A stretch of 60,117 nt of DNA, from positions 1-60,117 of the IMG/VR virus record IMGVR_UViG_3300042310_000265, one strand, 5' to 3'. Below are positions 18,777 to 29,400 of this stretch, piece by piece. The position numbers were made by a program, and so were the translations under genes. This DNA is from a virus. Its lineage: Duplodnaviria > Caudoviricetes. Positions within the stretch are counted from its first letter, which is position 1. Each line of letters starts with the position of its first letter. The notes under the pieces are model-generated. The model was not told where the DNA came from, did no database searches, and saw nothing but the letters and a program-made list of their open reading frames with translations.

Positions 18777-20440
18777 TGCCTGCATCTTATAATTTCTCGC
18801 CACAATTCGCTACAATTAAGTCTGCATCTCCGTTAGAGGGGATGCGACCATTCCAAATACCAGAGGTGCGTCACACCGCTTTGCAATTTCAGCCTCAAAA
18901 GTTTTTAGAGGTTAAATCTAGTCAACCTGAATTAGTGTCGCAAGGTTGGGCGAGTGGCTTGAAGGAGGGCATTGGTGATGCATTAAAAGGCATTACTACG
19001 GCATTTGTTACTGAACGCGAGAAGAAAGACAAAAAAGCTGAAGATATCATTCAACGCAAACATGAAAAAGATGTAGCCGCAATTAAATCCGAAAAAACAT
19101 TTGAAGAAAAAGATTTAGAGAGAAGGTATAAAGAAGCGCAGGTTCAAAATATTGAATCTCAAGTTGAAACTAGAGGTAAAGATAAAAAAGTGCCACCAGT
19201 CATTAAGCCTCGCGGAACTTTTATTGTAGAACCTGATGAATCATTGCCAAAACCTGCTCCTACAGAGCCTGACACAGCTTCAAGCACAGAAGGGCAATTT
19301 AAGCCTGTTCCAGATGAGATTCCAGATAATATGAAGGGAGATAATACATCTTCATTGAAAGGAACCAGTCCGTTTTCTGCTGTTTCTGAAGATCGATTTG
19401 GCAGTTTAAAAGGAAAACCAAAATCAATTGCGTTTGAAACTTATAAACCAGAACCATCTATTTTAGATATCGCAGGCGGACCCGCCCCGACTGCTGAACC
19501 TCCAGTTCAACCTGCCACTCCAAAAGAATTAACAGAAGCAGAAAAAATTGCGCAATTAAACGAAGAGCAACTTAATGCAATGTATCCAGAGATGCCAGTT
19601 GCAGTATTTGCTGAACCTCCATCTATTAAGCAAGTTCCTGTTCAAGAACTTCTAGGAAACTATGAGGACTACGAGGAGGCATTAATGGCAAGGAAAGAAC
19701 TTGCAAGTAGAATGCCTGATTATGATGTTCCTGATGTTACTGAAGAAGTTTTAGAAGATGGCACAAGTTATTTTAGTATTAAGGCTCCAAAGCAAAAGCC
19801 CACTTCTAAAAAAGCTGGAGTCCCAGAAGGAATGACTGTTTCTAAAGGAAAGATTGATGCCGAGGGAAATGTCACGCTTGATATTGAGCCTGCTCCAGAT
19901 GCCAAAAAACAAGTTAGGGCATTAAAAGAACCTATTAGCGATTTAGACTTGATGCTTCGCACTATTAAACAAATACGAAGTATTTATGAAGGAATTTCAC
20001 CCGGCGTTGGAGGTGCGGCAAATTGGTTGTCATATATCCCCGGAACTGATGCCGCAGATGTGTCTAAACTTGTTGAAACTCTTCAAGGTAATATCGCTTT
20101 TAAAAAACTAGCAGAGATGAAGGCGGCATCTCCAACAGGAGGGGCATTAGGAGCAATTTCAGAACGAGAATTAAGTCTTTTAGCGGCTAGTGCTGGAAGC
20201 GTTGATCCTGCATTAAGTTTCTTTTTGTTTAAAGATAATTTAGATCAGATTGAAAGTGGCGCACTAAAAGCAAAACAATTGCTTGAGGAAGATATTGCAT
20301 CTATTGAAAAGCCTCAAAAGTTTACTCCGATTCAATCTGCTCCACAGAATGTTATTGAAATTAAAACGCAAGAAGAGTGGAAAAAATTAAAGTCTGGGCA
20401 AAAATATATTTTTAACGGAGTTGGTGGAACTAAAAAATAA
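18776..20440 (+). CDS. ejection/DNA transfer protein
   Basis: C-terminal MKAASPTGGALGAISERELSLL segment resembles podoviral injection proteins; precedes the giant gene. Confidence 0.6.
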   Translation: MPASYNFSPQFATIKSASPLEGMRPFQIPEVRHTALQFQPQKFLEVKSSQPELVSQGWASGLKEGIGDALKGITTAFVTEREKKDKKAEDIIQRKHEKDVAAIKSEKTFEEKDLERRYKEAQVQNIESQVETRGKDKKVPPVIKPRGTFIVEPDESLPKPAPTEPDTASSTEGQFKPVPDEIPDNMKGDNTSSLKGTSPFSAVSEDRFGSLKGKPKSIAFETYKPEPSILDIAGGPAPTAEPPVQPATPKELTEAEKIAQLNEEQLNAMYPEMPVAVFAEPPSIKQVPVQELLGNYEDYEEALMARKELASRMPDYDVPDVTEEVLEDGTSYFSIKAPKQKPTSKKAGVPEGMTVSKGKIDAEGNVTLDIEPAPDAKKQVRALKEPISDLDLMLRTIKQIRSIYEGISPGVGGAANWLSYIPGTDAADVSKLVETLQGNIAFKKLAEMKAASPTGGALGAISERELSLLAASAGSVDPALSFFLFKDNLDQIESGALKAKQLLEEDIASIEKPQKFTPIQSAPQNVIEIKTQEEWKKLKSGQKYIFNGVGGTKK

Positions 20441-20441
20441 T

Positions 20442-23400
20442 ATGGCATGGCAACCTCCTGAAGATGAATTAGACAGTAATGTTCTACAACAATGGAAACC
20501 TCCTGAAGATGAATTAGACAAAAATCTTCCAGATCAATGGAGTCCTCCTGAAGATGAACTGGATAATAGTCCTACAAAAATTAAAGATGTAGGAGCATTA
20601 AAGCAGATGAAAGATTCGGGTCAGAAATTGACCTATGATCAAGAACGAGTCTTGTTTGATGCTGAAGATAAAAAACCATTCACTCAAAAGGTATCCGAGG
20701 CAGTAAATACATTTGTTCCAACAGCAATTGATATTGCCAAGCAATTAGGTTCTGGTGCTGGTGAGTTTATTTACAAAGGCGTTTTAAAGCCAATCGATGC
20801 AATGTCTCAAAGTCCAGAGGAGGCTGAAAAGACATTAAAAGAAGCTGGAAATATTTGGAGGTCTGGGGCGCATGGTTTTGGTCAAGACATTCAAGAAACA
20901 GCAGATGCTGGTGTGCGCTTTGCAATGTTTGGAAGTGACTTTACCGATAAACTTTTAGGTAGGTCTGAAAACGAAAGATTTGAGAAATATATGTTGCGCC
21001 AAGGAATGCGTGAATTTTCTCAAAAAGTTTACGAAGACAATCCTGATGCGGCGGCACGATTGCTTTCAGAAAATCCTTTATTGCAAAAATTGGCATATGC
21101 CGCCGCACTAGCGCAAGGCGGAACAAAAGAAGAAGCTGAATTAGCTCAAAAAGCATATAGTGAATTGGTTCTGGAAAGCGGATTAAAGAAAGAAGATATT
21201 AATGAAAATGTTGCTCTTTTTGCAGAAGTTTTATCTCCGTTGTCTTTGCCGGGAACAAATACCGCAACCAAGTTTTTAAACAAAGGAACGACAAAATTTG
21301 TTCAAAAAACTGGAGAACTAGCGTTAAAGGGTGTAGCCGCACCAATTGCAAAAGGCATAGAAAAAACCGCAGGAGTTGTCGAAGCTGGAATTGAAGGAGC
21401 GCAAAATCTGTCTCGCAAGATCGGCGAGTATACAGTTGGCGACCCAGATACTTTATTAAAAGCAACTGTCACGACTGCCGCCGCACCAGTAAGAATCCCT
21501 GCAAAGATGGTTCGTGGTATCGCTAGGACTGTTTACGATGTGGCATCTGAAGCAGGACCGGGGCGCATTGGAATGTTTGAGCGAGCAGGCAAGAAACTAG
21601 ATTCAGGCGCACTTACTAAAAAATTATTTAGTTCTGAAGCATTGGGAGGAAAAGGTAGGGCGAGAGTTGCTGACTGGGCAGTTCGTCAGACTAATGCCAT
21701 TGTTCAGCCTGCCGTCAATGGTGCTGTATTGAATGTTGCTCTAGGATTGCCCGATATCGAGTCCGCAACGGATTTGGGATACATGGCAGGCGTTGGTGCT
21801 GGAATCGGCGGATTTGGAGGCTCTAGGCTCCAAGAACGAGGCATGGCATTATTTGATCCAACAACTAGCCTAGCTCAAAAAATTGATGCTGTTGTAACTC
21901 CAGACCCAATGGGATTGCGTCGAGATCAAGATGCTGACATCAAACGATTCTTGTCTACAGCAGACTCTTCTTTGGTTGATAGCATTAACGAGTTATCTAA
22001 TGTAAATAATATTAAATCTGCTTTAGAGGTTAAAATTAAAAACCTTGAAGGCAGACGAGATGCTCAAATTCGCAAAGAAGACTCTGCTAGAATTCAAAGA
22101 GACATCAATAATCTTAAAGCACAGAGGATTGAACTAGAGAAAGTAAATCCAGAAACTGAAAATGAAATTAAGCGTCAAGTGCAATTAAGTTTTGCTGACG
22201 CTATGGATTTAGCAAAAACAACTGGTGCGGCGGCGGGATTAAGTAACATCGAAGTCAAGGTTTTAAAGCCTGAACAGATGGATCAATTCTATCGAGATAA
22301 GTTTGGCAAAACTCTTACTGATGCTGAAAGTGTAGTTAAGCAATTAGTTGGCAATCCAAATCTATCTCCGTCCGAGCAAGAATTATTAACCAGAGCAGAT
22401 GCTACTATTCGACAATACTTGAGCGATGTTGCAGGAGCATCTACTGCGAGAGGATTTGCAATTAGCGAGCGACCTGATGTTCCAGAGCATCTGCGGATGC
22501 AGAATCAGAAGGGCGCAACTGTAGTGATCAATGGTGATCTTGTATCGCAGATGGGTCGAGATGGATTGAACTTGTCGCGAGTTATCAATCACGAAATGCA
22601 ACACGCACTTTCTAATTTCACAGAAGTGCGTCAAATGCTTGATCCGATTCGCAGGCAATTGTTCGATCAGAAGATTCAAAATCCAGACGGCACATTTGAT
22701 GTTGTTTCAAGCGGCATGATTACCGATGCCGAATTGGATAAATACGCAATTCAATATGCGGCAGGCATGGATGCATCTGGCGGGGCATCTTTCCTTGGTC
22801 AATTTGCCAATCAAGATCAACTCCGAGCATACATGAAGGAGGAGGTGCTATCGGAGCTTGCAGGGCTTTCTGGTGCTTCGCATGGCGACTTGCGTAGTGG
22901 ATTGGATTCCGTAGGACGGCAAGCTGTAGATTGGCTTGAGACGAAGACAAAGACAGGTGCGTTAAAAACAATCAAAGAAGGTTTGCGTCAGTTTGGGATT
23001 GGATTTGATGACCAAGGAAAATTTACCTCGGTTCTTGGAACTAATCTTCCACCAGAGGCATTTTCAATGATTCGCCAATATCAACGCAAAATGCGCGATT
23101 TGAATGAAAGCCTTGTCTACAATTCCAGCCCATTAAAAGATGCGCCAGAGATTCCGCTGACTGCACTAGCTACGAATCGTGCGCTTCAAGAGCGTTACAA
23201 GCATTCTGACTTTTTCGAGCAACAGCAAGTTGTCACTTTAGAATCTCCAGATGGTAGCAAACAAGAGGTTGTTGTTCCCGCTGACGCAAAGTTAGATCGA
23301 TTTGTTGGACAATATCGTTTTGCTAATGGTCAGTTGGTAGATGAGCAAGGCAACCCTATTTCACTTGGTCCTGATATTCCGCTTCAAGCCATGCCTGACG

Positions 23401-26400
23401 GCACATCTGTTTCTCTGGACACTAGGATTGCCAGAAACCCAGATGGATCGCCAAGAATCTTATCTCCACGGGAATCGAAACGCCGAGCAAAACAACGAGG
23501 CGAGATTATCCGAAAAGCCGTTGATGACGCTCCTGATGATGAATCTGGGGTGAGACTGGAAGACATGGGGAACGGGAATTACCGAGGCACACTTTCTCCT
23601 ACGCAAATCGAAGCAATTAACAACCTGCCTAATGATATTGTTGCGCCTTCACTTAAACGCAAGATTGCATTCTTTAACGATATTCTTGGGCGTAAGGATG
23701 GAAGCATCGTAGAGATTGAATATCAAGCGGCACTTCGTGACGGGAAATATCGTGCATTAAAACCGCAACTTCGCACCGAAATTCCGATTGGTTTCCAGTT
23801 CGACAAGCAAGGTAATTTCTTGATGACTACCATGTCATTGTCGCGGATGTATGACAAAGCGAATGCATGGGCGGCAAAGCGTCCTCGCAATCTTCGACTT
23901 TGGGGTGGTGATATGACCAAGTTCTGGGATTCCGTTCGTCAATACTTGATGAATCATCAAAAGGGATTGCAGGGTCATATTGGATTAAATGCCGATCCAG
24001 AGATTGCAATGCAGATGAAAAATCGCATCAACGATCTTTTCAATGTTTATCGTAAAGAGACTCGCGAGGCTAATCCAGAACGCACAATTCTTCCAAAACG
24101 CCGGGGGCAAGACCCAATGGATGTTGTCATTCGTTCTAGGCGCATGGATCGAATTAATTCTTTTGATGAAACTGCTCTTCCAAAGATGCCGTTTCAGTAT
24201 GAGTTAGCAGTTCAGAATTATCTTCCCGCAGAAAACCCATTTGCTGAATTACAAGATGCACAGCAGTTTGCTAAAGCAATGGAGGTAGATGAAGAATTAG
24301 TTAATCGAGCTATTGCTGGAGATATTGAACCATTGGAATTGCAGTTGCATGAGCAAGACCTGCTTCGTCCTGCTGAATACATCGATGTTAGCAATGGCAA
24401 GATTCGCGTGAGGTCTATGTTTGATCCTACTCAAGCAATTTTTGAGCAAGGTGAAAGCAATCCAGAATCTCCATCACAATTGCAATTCCTTCCTTCCGAA
24501 ATCGAAGCACCATCTGGCGAGCGTGGATTCCAAAGTAAATTGCAAATGGAAATTCAAAGTAAGTTCCTTGGTGCAATGGCAACTCCAGAGCAGTTGAAGG
24601 CAGTTTTGAACAACCCGCAGAATGTCAAAGCGGAGGAGGTTAAATGGTCAGGAGTCAATGACGCAATCGACAGGCTTGCAAGCGAGAACAACGGCAAGGT
24701 TCCTGTGCAGGAATTGCTAAATTATTTGCGAGATGAAGGGCAAGTTAAGTTTGAGGAAGTCACCATTGGATATGATAATGAAATTCAAAAAATTGCTGAT
24801 CAATATAGAATTAAAATTGAAGATGAGTATGGTGAAAAAGCATTTTACGATGAATTTGATGAGCCTCTTGAATTAGATGAAGTTCCGCCTCAATTATTAG
24901 ACGCAATATATAAAGCAGGGAAAAAACCTGAACCAAGTTATGCTCAATACCAACTTCCCGGCGGTGAAAACTATCGTGAAGTTGTGATGGCGATGCCATC
25001 TCAAAAAGGAGTTCAAATTTTAAAAGATGGAAAAGTTGTTTGGGAAGACAATGAAATAACTCCAACTGGCAAACAAATATCTGATTTGAAATATCAATAT
25101 CCAGAAAGTAAAGGATATTCAGTTGTTGGGAAGGGTTCTGAACAATACACCTCTTCCCACTTCCCCGAAATTCCAAACTATGTGGCGCATATGCGTCTTA
25201 ACGAGCGCACAATCCAAGATGTTGGATATGCTATTCGCAATACAGAAAGTGGCAGGAAAGGCCCAGTTAAAGCAACCCGTGCAGAGGCTGAAGCAGATTT
25301 AAAACAATATCCTGCAAGTTACTCATTGGAAATAGTTGAAGTTCCAAGAAATGTAGATGGATTGTTCATCGAAGAGTTGCAGTCTGACAGGCATCAGGCG
25401 GGTAGGGAAGAGGGATATACTGAAGATACAAAACCATTATTAATTGAAGAAGAAAAAAGACTCGATTCTATACGAGAAAAAATACAATTTTTAGAAGAAA
25501 ATGGTATAGATGAAGATAATCCAACCCCAGAGTATCGATCATTGGATGCTGAATTTATTAATTTAGCAAGAAGACTTCAAGGAGGTTCTATTCGCGCAGT
25601 TCCAGACGCACCATTCCGCAAAGACTGGTCACTACAACTCTTCAAACGCGCATTGCGCGATGCGGTAGAGTCAGGGAAGCAATGGATTGGTTGGACTACT
25701 GGAGAAACGCAGGCTGAACGCTATGACTTGAGTAAGCAGATTGGCAAGGTTGTATGGAATGAAGATACAAAAATGCTGACTGCTTATGATCCAAGTCAGA
25801 AAAAAACTGTTATTCAAGAGTCCAATATAACATCTGAAAAACTTGCAGATTATGTTGGAAAAGAAGTTGCACAAAAACTTGTTGAACAATCTCCAGATGA
25901 AGACATGGACAGGCAAATATCTGGTCTTGATCTTAAGGTTGGCGGCGAAGGCATGAAAGGATTTTACGACACGATCCTGCCTAAAGAGCTTGGCAAATAT
26001 GTTGCCAAGATGGGTGGCAAGGTTGAGAAGTCTGAAATTGTTATAGAAAAACCAAGCACATTTACTAAATTTACCAGAACTCCAAATTCAGTTCCTGAAA
26101 TTATTAATGTTCGTGAAAAAACCGCACCAATTTGGCGAGTAAACATCACGCCGCAAATGGAGAATGTCGTTCGCGCAGGGCAGTTGCAGTTCATGCCTGC
26201 TGAACAGACTATAAATAAAGTCCCAACTCAAGAGGAACTTGATGCAATGAAGGCACTATTGCCAAAATATACATCAAAATTAAGAAACATTAATAAAAAT
26301 GAGAAATATATTACAGTTTATGATGAAAATGGAAAACACGCAGGTAGTGCTGAAATATATGTAAATAAACCAGATAATTTTATTAGTATAGAATGGATTG

Positions 26401-29400
26401 ATACAACAATACAAAAAAATAAAGGATTCGGACAGGCATTGTATCGAGAAATAGCAAAGTATGCTCAACAACAAAATATTGATACAATTGAAGGTGAAAT
26501 TATAAATAAAAAAGCGGTAAAGCGAAGAGAAGAATTATTTGAAACAATTTCAAAATCAGAAGGAACTCTTGAGGGGGATTATGATGAAGACCCTAATAAA
26601 GGATATTATGCAGACTTGACCAGCAAAGTTCCACCTGACATTCGCTTCATGCCTGCTGAAGTTGACGCTCGCTATATCGACCTTGAAGCAAAAGCTAAAG
26701 CTGGAGACAAGGAAGCTGAAGCGGAGGCAATAGCTATTGTTGAAAATATTGCAAAAAATGCAGGGGGCATTGAAGCATGGCATTTTGGATCATTTGATCC
26801 TTCTTATGATCCTATTCCCAAAACAAAAAAAGGAATGCATTTTGGATCAAAAGAAGCGTCTATACAAAGGGCATTCGACAAACAACCAGAGGATGAGCGC
26901 AGATCATTAGAGATTTTTGAAGAAAACGGATTGTGGTATTGGAAAACAAATACAAACGAAAGTTTAGATGGTTTTTCTACAAAACAATTAGCAGAAAATA
27001 ATGCCAATAACGCAATAGCAGAAATGTGGATGTATCAAGATTATGATTATAATGATGTTGGTAATTTGACAAAAACATATTTGTTTTTTAATAACTTAAA
27101 AACAGTTAAAGATCAAGGTGATAACTGGAATGATACTATTATAAAATCAAAAGAAGAAGGATACGATGGTTTAAAATATAAAAATGAATTTGAAGACAAA
27201 GGATCGACTTCATATGTAATATTTAATCCTCAACAAGCAAAATCCGCAGACCCCTTCACCTACGACGATGCAGGCGCATTGATCCCGCTATCCGAGAGGT
27301 TCCAGTCTGCAACTCCTGACATTCGTTTCCTTCCTGCTGAACAAGGCGAACCAGAAGGCTTGCAAGGCATCGAACTGCCACAGACATACCGCAGGATTAG
27401 CGACATGATTCCGCCTTTGCGCGATATTGAGCCTCCCGTGCGTCCTGTGCAAGCATTGCCAAACATTCAGTTCTTGCCAGAGGAAAAGACTCCAACTGCA
27501 AAAGAAGTTCTTAAAAAACCACTTGAAAATCTTCCATTAAAAGAAGTAAGCACTTGGACTGAAATACAAAAAGCACCAATAATTACGCTTAAAGACTTGA
27601 TTGGGAAAAAAGTATTCCCAACATTTGCTGACATTACATCTGCTGGAAGAGTATTTAAAGGCATTGATTCAAGTGAACTTTTAATACCGATTGAAACTCA
27701 TGGAGGCCCGGAATGGCCATTGATTCAACCAGAAAAAGTTGGAGAAGAAACAAATATTTGGTCTAATCAAGGCGCAGGTGTATCTACAACAAAAGCAAAA
27801 CGAGCAGAAGAAGGGGCAATAATGCTTGTAACGCTAATGGATAAAAATGCACATTTATCTAATACTGAAGTTGCTAATGCAATTATCGGAACAAATTTAG
27901 CCTATGTAAAAGATGGGAGAATAACAAAAAATAATTTAAAACTGCTTAACAAAAAAATTAAAGAAGAAGAGGCATTTAAAGATTTTGTTGGTATTGATTC
28001 TACTGAAATCAATGATTATGTGGCAAAACTGCCGTTCCAAGGTGATAAAAGCAGAGCAAGACTTGCAACTATTTTGTCTTCAAAAGAAGCAGAATCATTG
28101 GGATCGGCAAATGTTCAACGCATTCTTGATGAGATGCGTAGTCCTGCGTTTGAAGGCGGCAGGATTGGTGATTCTGTAATCGCACTTCAATTATCAAAAG
28201 GCGCACCAGTTGTTAAATTGTCTGAATCTGGCGCGATGACTCATCCATCGTATCAATATGCCGTGAGAGGAAAAGTAATCGGGAAGTTTGCTCGCCCAAT
28301 AAATGCAGAAATGATTTACGATGATTTTCTGGCACAAAGAAGATTAGAGGGCAAACCTACATCTGGAGATCGTAGGGCGATTGATCTTGCAAAACCAGTT
28401 CAAATTATTACAAAAGAAATTGCAAATCGCATTCCACAGACTCCATATAAATATTTAAAGTCAGCGCAACACGCTAAATTATTAAAGTATGCACTTGAAA
28501 ATGACTGGAAGGATTCAGCCGTTGCAAAAAATAAAGGTGGAATTTCTCCAGCAGAATTTATTGACACTTTAAATTCAAGCGAAGCAAAAGTTGCTCTTAA
28601 TGATTACACTCTTGATTCAGTAAAAAAAGAAATCAAAGATGGCAAACTAAATTTGTATCAACTTGGAGACTCTAAAGTCTTTTTTGGGACAAAGAATAGC
28701 GACCCAGCAAGCGACTATGGATTAGACCCGAAAGACTACGGGTTTGGTGAAAATGAGAAAACGCTAACATTGGTATTGAATGCCGAGCGTGGAACCGCTG
28801 GCATGGGAGATGCCATTATGATGAAAGCGTTGTCAGAAGGCGTGACTGCTCTCGATTGTTTTGCAATTAAAAACTCAAGATATCCAGATGGTATGTTGCC
28901 ATCATTGTACAAGCGATTCGGATTTGAGGTTGTCGGTGAAATCCCATTTGACCCGCAATATTACACTCCGCAAAAATTGGCAGACATAAAATTGTTTTGG
29001 AAAAATAATGGTTGGGACGAATCTACTGGACTTCCTTCCGTTGTTATGATGAAGTGGAAGGGAAATGAAAATGACCGAACAAGAAGCCTACGAGACATTG
29101 CTGGTAAAGCTCCAGCAGGTATTCGGGAACGAAATTCCTCACCTATCCGAGACACAGAAGGATATTTTGGACGGACTGATATTGGACAGGGTGGAGGCTC
29201 ACAAGGGGGATTACAGCAAGGTGACTCTGGACGAGGTAGAGGGAGTCAGGGAGATGCTTTACAAGGAATTCAGCTTGGCAGAGGCACAATAAATGCAATC
29301 CAAGAATTGTTTGGAATGAATGATGCTGAACTCAAAAATCTGGGGATTAATCCTTCTCAAATTCAAACAATAAAAAAAGCCATAGGATATAGTACTGAAA

